Shown one piece after another: positions 18,338-27,662 of a stretch of 64,000 nt of DNA (the first letter of the stretch is position 1; every line of letters begins with the position of its first letter). Below the pieces are notes generated by a model. It ran no database searches. It was not told where the DNA came from and saw only the letters and a program-made list of their open reading frames with translations. This DNA is from Spirochaetia bacterium (GTDB taxonomy: Bacteria > Spirochaetota > Spirochaetia > SZUA-6 > Bin103). Made by a program: the position numbers and the translations under genes. The DNA is taken from positions 800,001 through 864,000 of the forward strand of contig CBDBDQ010000005.1 in the NCBI GenBank assembly GCA_965203905.1. Reading direction: 5' to 3'.

Positions 18338-20395
18338 CTACTCCTTGAAGAAATACTGGTCGGAGTAGTCCAGGATGCCGTTGCTGTCCCAGTCCAGCGC
18401 TTCGGCCCGGGCGATGTTGCCGAGCTTCTTCGAGAACACGAACGGGTGGCCGACGGCGGTAACCGTGCCGATCACCGGCAGGTGCTCGCTCTGCATGCGC
18501 CACGCGGTCTTCGCCGCCGCGGTCGCGTCCGCCTCGTCCACCGCGGCCAGGTACGCCTTCTGGCTGTCCCGGATCGTGATGTACCACTGCGGCGGCTCGA
18601 TCCCCTTCTCGCCGTTGGTGTTGTACCAGTGGTTCCACGACACGTTGGCTACGGCGCCACCGAGGAACCATGGATCGATGGGGGTCACCGTGCCCGCGGC
18701 GTGCCACATCGTCACCATGTTCTCGTAGCTGTTGCGCACCTTGGCGTAGGCGCCGCCCGAGGTCTCCTTGACGTCGACGCGGATGCCGATCGCCTCCCAG
18801 TAGCGCTTGGCGAAGTCGGCTCCCGCGAGCGGCGCCTGCACCTGGGGGTACTCGAATATGAACAGGAACGGCTCACCGTCGAGCCGCTCCCGCCAGCCGT
18901 CGCCGTCGACATCGACCAGGCCCAGCTCGTCGAGAAGCTGTTTCGCCTTCTCCGGGTCGTACGCCGCGTACGCCTCCTCCATTCCCTCCTCGTAGTACGG
19001 CCCCCCGCGATCGGTTGCGAACTGGGCCACCCGCCCCGTGCCACGCATGATCGTCTCCTTGATCTGATTGCGGTCCAGGGCGTGCGACAGCGCCGCACGA
19101 AAGCGCAGGTCGCCGAGGATCTTGCGGATCTCGGGATCCGCGTGGCCCATGTTCACCAGGTACAGCAGGATCTGGTTGGAGGGGTGCCGCGGCAGCAGCA
19201 GCTCGTAGCCCCCGGCTTCCTGATTCTCGGCAAACAGCGGGTAGTCGGCGATGGTCTCGAAGTGGCCGTCCATGTCCAGCTCGCCGGCTATCAGCTTCAG
19301 GTCGCCGACGTTCTTGTCCGCCACCAGCACGCTGTGCACCCGGTCGATGTACGGAAGCTGGTTGCCGGCGGTGTCGACGATGGCGTAATACGGGTTCCGT
19401 TCCCAGAAGAAGTCCCCCGTAGGTCCTATCTCGGTCAGGATGTACGGATCCAGCGTAGGCTGTTCGGTCGCGTTCAGCTGCAGGGTGACCACGTGCGAAC
19501 CCCTGGTGCGCATCCCGAGGTAGAACTTCGGCCACTCCTCCTGGGTTTCGAATCCCTTCTCCTTCATCACCGGCAGCAACTCGTCCCACGAGGCGTGGTC
19601 CTTGTGGAACTGCTTCATGTAGTGCGCCGGCTGGATGAAGTTCTCCCAGCGATCCGGTCCGATGCCGGTACCGGGGAGAAAGCTGGGATTGGGATGGTCG
19701 AAGACGTATCTGAAGGTGTACCGGTCGACGATCTCCAGGCTCACCGTGGCCTCGCCCGCCGCCGCCTGCCAGCGCATCCAGGAAGGTGGGGAGCCCCGCA
19801 GATCCGAGTTGAGGAAGTCGTCGTTGAAGGCGTACGCGATGTCCTCGGTGGTCGCCGGGACACCATCCGACCACTTCAGACCCTTGCGAATCGTGAAGGT
19901 GTGGGTGTGGCCGTCGGCACTCTTGTCCCAACTCTCGAACACCCCCGGCTGGGCGCGCCACAAGCGCGGACCGGCGAACCAGTACATGCCGCCCGCTCCG
20001 TAGGGTGGCTGGTGGATCAGCCGCAAGGAATTGAAGAAGGCCATGTGGGTGTGCGCGCTGGGGCGGAAGTTCGGCACCCGGAGGGTCCCGCCGTAGCGTC
20101 CCACCTGTTCGAGGGGAATGATGACCAGCGGATTGTCGGGCAGCCGCTCCGCCACCGGCGGCAGCCCTCGGCCGGCGAGCATCGGAGACTCGCTGAACCC
20201 GGCAATCTCCAGCCCGGTGAGCCGCTGGTACTCGTCGATGTTGTAGTACCCGGGCTCCAGATCCGGGATGTCGGCGGCCGCGGTGGTTTCCGCCGCCGTG
20301 GCACCCTCGCTCTCACTCTCTGCGCCGGCGCTCAGCAGCGCCGCCGAGAAGAGCAGCAAGGTGGCGACAAACAGACCGTGCATAAACAGCTTCAT
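18338..20395 (-). CDS. ABC transporter substrate-binding protein, family 5 (copy adjacent to permeases)
   Basis: Signal peptide; LPPVAERLPDNP, GRYGG, GLKWSDG, GNQLPYID. Confidence 0.93.
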   Translation of the reverse strand: MKLFMHGLFVATLLLFSAALLSAGAESESEGATAAETTAAADIPDLEPGYYNIDEYQRLTGLEIAGFSESPMLAGRGLPPVAERLPDNPLVIIPLEQVGRYGGTLRVPNFRPSAHTHMAFFNSLRLIHQPPYGAGGMYWFAGPRLWRAQPGVFESWDKSADGHTHTFTIRKGLKWSDGVPATTEDIAYAFNDDFLNSDLRGSPPSWMRWQAAAGEATVSLEIVDRYTFRYVFDHPNPSFLPGTGIGPDRWENFIQPAHYMKQFHKDHASWDELLPVMKEKGFETQEEWPKFYLGMRTRGSHVVTLQLNATEQPTLDPYILTEIGPTGDFFWERNPYYAIVDTAGNQLPYIDRVHSVLVADKNVGDLKLIAGELDMDGHFETIADYPLFAENQEAGGYELLLPRHPSNQILLYLVNMGHADPEIRKILGDLRFRAALSHALDRNQIKETIMRGTGRVAQFATDRGGPYYEEGMEEAYAAYDPEKAKQLLDELGLVDVDGDGWRERLDGEPFLFIFEYPQVQAPLAGADFAKRYWEAIGIRVDVKETSGGAYAKVRNSYENMVTMWHAAGTVTPIDPWFLGGAVANVSWNHWYNTNGEKGIEPPQWYITIRDSQKAYLAAVDEADATAAAKTAWRMQSEHLPVIGTVTAVGHPFVFSKKLGNIARAEALDWDSNGILDYSDQYFFKE

Positions 20396-20455
20396 TGGGT
20401 CCTCCTCGGTGTCCGCGGGCTCCGGCGTTCGACACCGCCCGCGGTCCGGACGTTC

Positions 20456-20484
20456 AGACTACGCCCGCCCTCCGGGTGCGTCAA
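20456..20484 (-). promoter_or_regulatory. Sigma70-like promoter of the SBP at 18338-20395
   Basis: TTGACG-N17-TAGTCT; GAGGAGG RBS downstream. Confidence 0.7.
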
Positions 20485-20582
20485 ATCACACGACGCGCGA
20501 GGTACTTCAGCAGAAGCCGTGTGCCCTGCGGGCACTACCGAAACGAGGCGCCCGCTGCCCGGTCGGACGCCTCGCGTAACCG

Positions 20583-22640
20583 CTACTCCTTGAAGAAGTA
20601 CTGGTCGGAGTACTCGAGGATGGCGTTGCTGTCCCAGTCCAGCGCTTCGGCCCGGGCGATGTTGCCGAGCTTCTTCGAGAACACGAACGGGTGGCCGACC
20701 CCGGTAACAGTGCCGATCACCGGCAGGTGCTCGGTCTGCATGCGCCACGCGGTCTTCGCCGCCTCGGTCGCATCCGCCTCGTCCACCGCGGCCAGGTACG
20801 CCTTCTGGCTGTCGCGAATCGTGATGTACCACTGCGGCGGCTCGATCCCCTTCTCGCCACTGGTGTTGTACCAGTGGTTCCATGACACGTTGGCGACGGC
20901 GCCACCGAGGAACCATGGATCGATGGGAGTCAGCGTACCCGCGGCGTGCCACATCGTCACCATGTTCTCATAGCTGTTGCGCACCTTGGCGTAAGCGCCG
21001 CCCGACGTCTCCTTGACGTCGACGCGGATGCCGATCGCCTCCCAGTAGCGCTTGGCGAAGTCGGCTCCCGCGAGCGGCGCCTGCACCTGCGGGTACTCGA
21101 AGATGAACAGGAACGGCTCGCCGTCGAGCCGGTCCCGCCAGCCGTCGCCGTCGACATCGACCATGCCCAGATCGTCGAGAAGCTGTTCCGCCTTCTCCGG
21201 ATCGTAGGCCGCGTACGCCTCTTCCATTCCTTCCTCGTAGTACGGCCCCCCGCGGTCGGTGGCGAACTGGGCCACCCGCCCCGTCCCGCGCATGATCGTC
21301 TCCTTGATCTGATTGCGGTCCAGCGCGTGCGACAGGGCCGCGCGGAAGCGCAGGTCGCCCAGGATCTTGCGAATCTCGGGATCCGCGTGGCCCATGTTCA
21401 CCAGGTACAGGAGGATCTGGTTGGAGGGGTGCCGCGGCAGCAGGAGCTCGTAGCCCCCGGCTTCCTGATTCTCGGCAAACAGCGGGTAGTCGGCGATGGT
21501 CTCGAAGATGCCATCCATGTCCAGCTCGCCGGCGATCAGCTTCAGATCGCCGACGTTCTTGTCTGCCACGAGCACGCTGTGCACCCGGTCGATGTACGGA
21601 AGCTGGTTACCGGCGGTGTCGACGATGGCGTAATACGGGTTCCGTTCCCAGAAGAAGTCCCCCGTAGGTCCTATCTCGGTCAGGATGTACGGATCCAGGG
21701 TAGGCTGTTCGGTGGCATTCAACTGCAGGGTGACCACGTGAGCACCCCTGGTGCGCATGCCGAGGTAGAACTTGGGCCACTCCTCCTGGGTCTCGAATCC
21801 CTTCTCCTTCATCACCGGCAGCAGCTCGTCCCACGAGGTGTGGTCCTGGTGGAACTGCTTCATGTAGTGCGCCGGCTGGATGAAGTTCTCCCAGCGATCA
21901 GGTGCGATTCCGGTACCGGCGAGAAAGCTGGGATTGGGATGGTCGAAGACGTATCTGAAGGTGTACCGGTCGACGATCTCCAGGCTCACCGTGGCCTCCC
22001 CGGCCGTCGCCTGCCAGCGCATCCAGGCAGGCGGCGAGCCGCGCAGATCCGAGTTCATGAAGTCGTCGTTGAAGGCGTAGGCGATGTCATCGGTAGTAAC
22101 CGGGACACCGTCCGACCACTTCAGACCCTCGCGAATCGTGTAGGTATGGGTGTGGCCGTCGGCACTCTTGCCCCAGCTCTCGAACACCCCCGGCTGCGCG
22201 CGCCACAACCGCGGGCCCGCGAACCAGTAGATGCCGCCCGCTCCGTGCGGCGGCTGGTGGACCAGCCGGAACGAATTGATGAGGTGCATGTGGACGTGCG
22301 CGTTGGGGCGGAAGTTCGGCAACCGGAGGTTGCCGCCGTAGCGTCCCACCTGTTCGAGGGGGATCATCACCAGCGGATTGTCGGGCAACCGCTCTGCCAC
22401 CGGCGGTAGCCCTCCGCCGCTGAGCATCGGAGACTCGCTGAACCCGGTAATCTCGCGCCCGGTAAGCTGCTGGTACTCGTCGATGTTGTAGTACCCGGGT
22501 TCCAGATCCGGGATGTCGGCGGCCGCGGTGGTTTCCGCCGCCGCGGCACCCTCGCTCTCACTCTCTGCGCCAGCGCTCAGCAGCGCCGCCGAGAAGAGCA
22601 GCAAGATGGCGACTAGCAGACCGTGCATAAAAGGCTTCAT
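20583..22640 (-). CDS. ABC transporter substrate-binding protein, family 5 (tandem paralog)
   Basis: Same length (685 aa), collinear with 18338-20395. Confidence 0.93.
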   Translation of the reverse strand: MKPFMHGLLVAILLLFSAALLSAGAESESEGAAAAETTAAADIPDLEPGYYNIDEYQQLTGREITGFSESPMLSGGGLPPVAERLPDNPLVMIPLEQVGRYGGNLRLPNFRPNAHVHMHLINSFRLVHQPPHGAGGIYWFAGPRLWRAQPGVFESWGKSADGHTHTYTIREGLKWSDGVPVTTDDIAYAFNDDFMNSDLRGSPPAWMRWQATAGEATVSLEIVDRYTFRYVFDHPNPSFLAGTGIAPDRWENFIQPAHYMKQFHQDHTSWDELLPVMKEKGFETQEEWPKFYLGMRTRGAHVVTLQLNATEQPTLDPYILTEIGPTGDFFWERNPYYAIVDTAGNQLPYIDRVHSVLVADKNVGDLKLIAGELDMDGIFETIADYPLFAENQEAGGYELLLPRHPSNQILLYLVNMGHADPEIRKILGDLRFRAALSHALDRNQIKETIMRGTGRVAQFATDRGGPYYEEGMEEAYAAYDPEKAEQLLDDLGMVDVDGDGWRDRLDGEPFLFIFEYPQVQAPLAGADFAKRYWEAIGIRVDVKETSGGAYAKVRNSYENMVTMWHAAGTLTPIDPWFLGGAVANVSWNHWYNTSGEKGIEPPQWYITIRDSQKAYLAAVDEADATEAAKTAWRMQTEHLPVIGTVTGVGHPFVFSKKLGNIARAEALDWDSNAILEYSDQYFFKE

Positions 22641-22700
22641 TGGGTCCTCCTCGGTGTCCGCGGGCTCTCGCGTTCGACACCGCCCGCAGTCCGGACGTTC

Positions 22701-22729
22701 AGACTATGCCCTCCCTCCCGGCCAGTCAA
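22701..22729 (-). promoter_or_regulatory. Sigma70-like promoter of the SBP at 20583-22640
   Basis: TTGACT-N17-TAGTCT. Confidence 0.7.
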
Positions 22730-22730
22730 A

Positions 22731-23543
22731 TCACGGCGCTGCCAGTGGCTCTCCGCTCGCGACGTTGCGAAACCACTCGTGGACGACCCGGGGAGCGTGG
22801 CCGTCCACGTTGGCCGGCCCGTGGCCCGCCCCCAGGTCGCCCCCCTCGACGATGCGGGTGTCGATGCTCAGCCGGGTCCGGCCGGTCCGGTTGGGCCGGC
22901 TGGCGTGCAGATGAGCCCCGGAAAAGCACAGCAGGTCGCCGGGCTCGATCAGGACCGGGACCTCCGGCGCGCCGTCGAGCGGGGCCCGACACTCGGGCAG
23001 CAGCGGATAGCGCCCCGGCGCCGCGCGCAGTTTCTCGAGGTCCCAGTCGGCACTGGTGTTGGGCACCGGCCGGCCGAACAGCGTCGGCCATATCACCATG
23101 GTGGCCCCCGGTTCGACCGGGAACACCGGGCCCCAGAGGTTGATCTGAGCCATGACGTTGGAGCCCCAGGTGTCGCGGTGGGGAGGGAGATCCCGCACCC
23201 GGCGGCCGCGATGGGTATCGCCGCTCGGCTGCAGGCGCAGGATGAGGCGGTCGGCGTAAGTAAAGGCGAGGTCGAGGCCCAGAGACTCGATCAGCGATCG
23301 AAACGTGGCGCGCACTGCCGCGTCGCGCATGAAGGAACGCCTGAGGGCTGCCGCTCTCGCGAGGAACTCCACGCGGTCGAACCACTCCTGCGCCTCCGGC
23401 GGCGCCTGCGGAGCGAACGCCTCGCAGGCCAGCGCCCGCGCCCGCGCGACCAGCGCCGCCATCGCGGGCAGCCGCCGGAACACCAGGATCTCGCCGCGAT
23501 AGAGCCGCCCCCGATCGAGCGGTGTCTCCGCCGCAGTCACCAT
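22731..23543 (-). CDS. Putative Fe/2OG oxygenase-fold protein
   Basis: PHRDTW (HxD), QINLWGP, GDLLCFSGAHLH…R.S.D.R pattern. Confidence 0.65.
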   Translation of the reverse strand: MVTAAETPLDRGRLYRGEILVFRRLPAMAALVARARALACEAFAPQAPPEAQEWFDRVEFLARAAALRRSFMRDAAVRATFRSLIESLGLDLAFTYADRLILRLQPSGDTHRGRRVRDLPPHRDTWGSNVMAQINLWGPVFPVEPGATMVIWPTLFGRPVPNTSADWDLEKLRAAPGRYPLLPECRAPLDGAPEVPVLIEPGDLLCFSGAHLHASRPNRTGRTRLSIDTRIVEGGDLGAGHGPANVDGHAPRVVHEWFRNVASGEPLAAP

Positions 23544-23624
23544 GCCGTGATGTCGCGGTGGCCGTCCGTGGTCAGGCACCATGCAGGCGACCGGCACCCA
23601 CGGGTCGTCGCGGCCCGCGGGCGG

Positions 23625-24911
23625 TCATTCGTCTTCGGCGGGCTCCTGGTCGCGGTCGCCGGCAAGCGCGGCCAGCGTGGTGCGGCGGGTCAGGACTCCG
23701 AGGAACCGGTCCCGCTCCCCGAGCACTGGGATCGGCAGGCGGTTTTCGGCGGCCACCCCGAGCAACTCGTCGAGAGATTGTTCCGCACGCGCGGTGGGGG
23801 CGTCGTCGCGGATCACGTCGCCGAGGTCGCGGTCGCCGCGCCGCGCCGCGGCCGCAACGTCGCTGATCAGCACCATGCCGCGGTAATGGTTGTCGGCATC
23901 GGTCACGAACCCCACCCTGCGCCCGTCGTGCTCCAGGGCCGCATGCGCGCTGCGCGGATCGGTATCGCACGCCAGCGACGTCACCGGATCCATCGCCAGG
24001 CCCGCGCTCAGTACGCGCGAACGGTTGACGTCCCGCACGAAGTCCTCGATGTACGAATCCGCCGGCGCGGTGATGATATCCTCCGGGGTACCGACCTGGA
24101 TCACTTTGCCATCCTTCAGGATCGCGATGCGGTCGCCGAGCCGCAGCGCCTCGTCGAGGTCGTGAGTGATGAACACGATGGTCTTGTTCAATTCGCGCTG
24201 CAGACGAACTAGCTCGTCCTGCATGTCGCGCCGAATCAGCGGATCGAGCGCACTGAACGGTTCGTCCATCAGCAGGATCTCGGGGTTGGTGCACAGCGCC
24301 CGCGCCAGCCCGACACGCTGCTGCATGCCGCCGGAGAGTTGATTGGGACGCATCCCCTCGTAACCCTTCAGACCGACCACGTCGATCCAGCGCCGGGCAC
24401 GCTCCCAGCGCTCCTCCTTGGCCATCCCCTGCACGCTCAGCCCGTAGGCGACGTTGCGCAGGACGTTGCGGTGCGGGAGCAGGCCGAAACGCTGGAACAC
24501 CATGCTCATCCTGGTGCGCCGCAACGCCTTGATCTCCGCGGCGGTCAATCCCACGACGTCGACGCCGCCGATCAGCACTTCCCCCGCCGTGGGTTCTATG
24601 AGGCGGTTGACGCAGCGCACGAAGGTGGACTTTCCGCTCCCCGACAAACCCATCACCACGAAAGTCTCCGCTGCCTGGATGTGCAGGTTGACGTCGTGGA
24701 GGCCGATGGTGTGCCCGGTGTCGGCGAGAATCTCATCCTTGCCGGCCCCTTCCTGCACCCGTGCCAGCACATCCCCCGGCCGGGGGCCGAATATCTTGTA
24801 CAGGTGTTGGACTTCGATGTCGCCGCGCTGCGAGGCGCCACCGTTCCCGCCGTGCACCGCATCGGCGCCGGGACTGCCGCTTTGGTCTCCGGGTCTCACT
24901 TCAGTCCCCAC
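23625..24911 (-). CDS. proV: Glycine betaine/proline ABC transporter ATP-binding protein with CBS domains
   Basis: LYKIFG, GLSGSGKS, LSGGMQQRVGLARAL, MDEPFSALDPLIR. Confidence 0.92.
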   Translation of the reverse strand: MGTEVRPGDQSGSPGADAVHGGNGGASQRGDIEVQHLYKIFGPRPGDVLARVQEGAGKDEILADTGHTIGLHDVNLHIQAAETFVVMGLSGSGKSTFVRCVNRLIEPTAGEVLIGGVDVVGLTAAEIKALRRTRMSMVFQRFGLLPHRNVLRNVAYGLSVQGMAKEERWERARRWIDVVGLKGYEGMRPNQLSGGMQQRVGLARALCTNPEILLMDEPFSALDPLIRRDMQDELVRLQRELNKTIVFITHDLDEALRLGDRIAILKDGKVIQVGTPEDIITAPADSYIEDFVRDVNRSRVLSAGLAMDPVTSLACDTDPRSAHAALEHDGRRVGFVTDADNHYRGMVLISDVAAAARRGDRDLGDVIRDDAPTARAEQSLDELLGVAAENRLPIPVLGERDRFLGVLTRRTTLAALAGDRDQEPAEDE

Positions 24912-24918
24912 GACCGCC

Positions 24919-25830
24919 TCAGGCGCGCGCCGTCTTGGTCGGATCGAGCCGCACGCCGAATGCGGCCGTGATGCGATCGAAGATGATCGCCAGCGCCAGA
25001 ATGGCGAGACCCGCCTCCAGCCCCATGCCCACGTCGGCGTTGTTCAACCCGCGCAGCACCTGCTGGCCGAGGCCGCGCGCTCCGATCATCGAGGCGATCA
25101 CCACCATCGCCAGTGCCATCATGATCGTCTGGTTGACACCGGCCATGATGTTGGGCATTGCCAGCGGTATGCGCACTCCCCACAGGATCTGGCGCCCGGT
25201 AGCACCGAAGGCATCCGCCGCTTCTACGGTAGCGCTGTCCACCAGCCGGATGCCGAGGTCGGTGAGCCGGACGATCGGCGGGACGGCGTACACGAAGATG
25301 GCGAAAATCGCCGCCACGTTGCCAAGACCGAAGAAGAAGATGAAAGGGATCAGGTAGACGAACGGCGGCACGGTCTGCATTGCGTCGAGAAGCGGGCTGA
25401 TTACCGCGCGCACAAATCGGGTGGTAGCCATCAGAATGCCCACCGGGACACCGACCGCCACCGTGATGGAAGTCGCAATGAACAGGATCGCCAGCGTCCG
25501 CATGGTCTCTTCCCAGAGGTCCATCATGCCGATGAAGACCAGCGCTGCCGCCAGGGCGAGCACGAGCGTGCGGTTGCGCGACGCACTCCACGCCACCACG
25601 CATATGATGGCAATCACCAACCACCAGGGCAGCCAGACCAGGGACGTTTCGACCTGGCGCAACAACACCAGCACCAGGCTGTTCAAGGTATCGAAAGCGC
25701 TGCCGAAGTTCCGGACCAGGAACTTCAGGCCATCGTTGGTCCACTCCCGGAGCGGGATCTGGCACCCTTCCGGAAACGCCGTGAGGATCCGATTGAAACT
25801 GCCGGCGCACTCCTGCAACCAGGTGGTCAT
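24919..25830 (-). CDS. proW: Glycine betaine/proline ABC transporter permease
   Basis: LDAMQTVPPFVYLIP, GVNQTIMMALAMVVIASMIGARGLG. Confidence 0.92.
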   Translation of the reverse strand: MTTWLQECAGSFNRILTAFPEGCQIPLREWTNDGLKFLVRNFGSAFDTLNSLVLVLLRQVETSLVWLPWWLVIAIICVVAWSASRNRTLVLALAAALVFIGMMDLWEETMRTLAILFIATSITVAVGVPVGILMATTRFVRAVISPLLDAMQTVPPFVYLIPFIFFFGLGNVAAIFAIFVYAVPPIVRLTDLGIRLVDSATVEAADAFGATGRQILWGVRIPLAMPNIMAGVNQTIMMALAMVVIASMIGARGLGQQVLRGLNNADVGMGLEAGLAILALAIIFDRITAAFGVRLDPTKTARA

Positions 25831-25929
25831 GAATTGCAGATTCTCGAGTCCGACGCGATAAGAGTCAGGGCAGGCGCAACCGGTGCGCCTGCCCCGTCGC
25901 CGCCTCGAGGCGATCTACCGGCCGCGGAA

Positions 25930-27021
25930 CTACCCGTCCAGTGCCGCCTGCACGCTACTGGCGACCGCGTCGGACACCCAGGCGGTCCACACGTCGGTCT
26001 CGTTCTTCAGAAACTCACGCGCGACATCGGCCCACTCCGCATCCATCTCACTCTGCTTCGCCAGGTACGCACTGACCATCATCTGGTCGATCTCGTACGC
26101 GCGCAGCAACTCGATCATCTCTTCCGTAACAGAATCCGCGAATTCCTTGCTTACGGCGACGTTGACGATCGACGGGGGAAAGGCGCAGCCGCGGTCGCCA
26201 TCCCAGCATTCCTGCGTGAACTCCGGTTCCTCGAGTGGGATCATTGGGTAGGAGCCCAACAGCGGGGTGGGGCCCCAGTAGTAGCCGAGCCACGCTTCGC
26301 CCTTCTCGTAGGCGGCGGCCATCGACGCATCCAGCGCCGGCGCCGCACCGGGGCGGAAGTTGGTGAAGTGCTCGTCGAGGCCATATGCCTCCATCTTCTT
26401 GTTGTTGGTCAATTCGCACTGCCAGCCGATGATGCAGTTGTAGTAGCGGCCCTTGTCGGGCTGCTCGGGATCCTGGAACAACTGAGCGTACTTCGGCAGA
26501 TCGGCCACCGACTTCAGGTCGGGCGCCATCGGTTCGATGCCGCGTTCGGGGTCGCCCTCGATCACGTAGCGCGGCACCAGGAACGACATCTCGGAGGCCT
26601 CCATGTTCAGGCCCAGGTCGAGCACTACGCCGTCGGCGGCCGCCGTGTGGAAGTCGTCGGGCGCGGTGTTGAACCAGATCTCCATGTTGATGTCGATGTC
26701 GCCGCGCACCAGCCCCTGGACCATCGGAATGGTGGACCCGGGGATGTCCGTGTACTCGCAGCCGAAACCCGCCTCCAGAATCTGTCCCGCGATATGGTTG
26801 TGCAACTGCGCACTGGGCCAGTCGAGGCCGGCGAACACGATCTCGCGACCGAGGCCGTTGCAGTCCATGGCGGCCATTGCGCCGTCGTCGTCCTCCCGGC
26901 TGGGCTCGGCGACCGCCAGTTGGGCCACCAGAGCCATGGCGACCAGGGCGGTCAGCAGCTTAAGCGATGCTCCTCCAAGAGTGAGCTGTTGGCCAGAGGC
27001 CATACTTCGTAATCTACGCAT
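25930..27021 (-). CDS. proX: Glycine betaine/choline-type substrate-binding protein
   Basis: LDWPSA, DINMEIW, YYWGPT; start at 27021 or 27003. Confidence 0.85.
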   Translation of the reverse strand: MRRLRSMASGQQLTLGGASLKLLTALVAMALVAQLAVAEPSREDDDGAMAAMDCNGLGREIVFAGLDWPSAQLHNHIAGQILEAGFGCEYTDIPGSTIPMVQGLVRGDIDINMEIWFNTAPDDFHTAAADGVVLDLGLNMEASEMSFLVPRYVIEGDPERGIEPMAPDLKSVADLPKYAQLFQDPEQPDKGRYYNCIIGWQCELTNNKKMEAYGLDEHFTNFRPGAAPALDASMAAAYEKGEAWLGYYWGPTPLLGSYPMIPLEEPEFTQECWDGDRGCAFPPSIVNVAVSKEFADSVTEEMIELLRAYEIDQMMVSAYLAKQSEMDAEWADVAREFLKNETDVWTAWVSDAVASSVQAALDG

Positions 27022-27044
27022 AGGATCAACGAGTATGACACAGT

Positions 27045-27137
27045 CCGAACCGCCGGTGTCAAGTGCGCATCCGAACAATCCGAACGAACAACAACGACGC
27101 GAACGAGCGAACGAAGTGCGGACGAACGGACGAAACG
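27045..27137. repeat. Imperfect CGAA(C) short-repeat cluster upstream of proX
   Basis: ccgaac…ccgaacaatccgaacgaacaacaacgacgcgaacgagcgaacgaagtgcggacgaacggacgaaac. Confidence 0.6.
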
Positions 27138-27277
27138 GTCCCGGCGTGGAGCGGTTGACTGCGGGTGGGCCGGCAGGTGGCTCGACAGCACCGTCGCGAT
27201 GATGGGTCGCGACGTGTAGTGACCCCGCACTCGAGGGTAGTGGATTCTCTGCGGCTTTTTCGGCTGACTTTAGCGCC

Positions 27278-27544
27278 ATGGAACCACGTCCGTTGCTCGA
27301 CGTGGCGGGGTGGATCGGCATGGTCTCGCTGATCTCCGCCTACTGGCTGGTATCTACCGGCAGGCTGCGCGGCACCTCGCGGATCTACCAGACGTTGAAT
27401 GTGATCGGGTCGGTCGGCCTGCTCGCCAACACTTTCTACTACCGCGCCTACCCGGCGGCGGCACTCAACCTGACGTGGCTGACCATCGGGGTGATCGCCT
27501 ACGTGCGCGTGGTGCTCAGGGCGAGGCGCGAGGGTCGCCGTTAG
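27278..27544 (+). CDS. Small membrane protein (CBU_0592-like)
   Basis: GWIG…AYWL…YQTLNVIGS…LNLTW; three hydrophobic segments. Confidence 0.7.
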   Translation: MEPRPLLDVAGWIGMVSLISAYWLVSTGRLRGTSRIYQTLNVIGSVGLLANTFYYRAYPAAALNLTWLTIGVIAYVRVVLRARREGRR

Positions 27545-27662
27545 GCCCGACGCACGGCCTACGGGCGCGCTGTCGGTCGACCGGCGGCGACCGGCCCGAA
27601 TCGGTTGCCGGCGCGGCTCGCTGCTTCGCTTCGTGGCGCCACGGCGTCCGGGAGGCGGAGGG

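Larger units (their letters stand above)
18244..22733. repeat. Head-to-tail tandem duplication, 2245-bp unit (18244-20488 and 20489-22733)
   Basis: Each unit holds promoter, leader, SBP gene, intercistronic hairpins and the first 8 codons of the dppB-like gene; constant 2245 offset. Confidence 0.95.

Noticed and set aside
27045-27137. CRISPR array
   Set aside because: Repeat units are 4-6 bp and irregular, with no spacer periodicity and no cas genes
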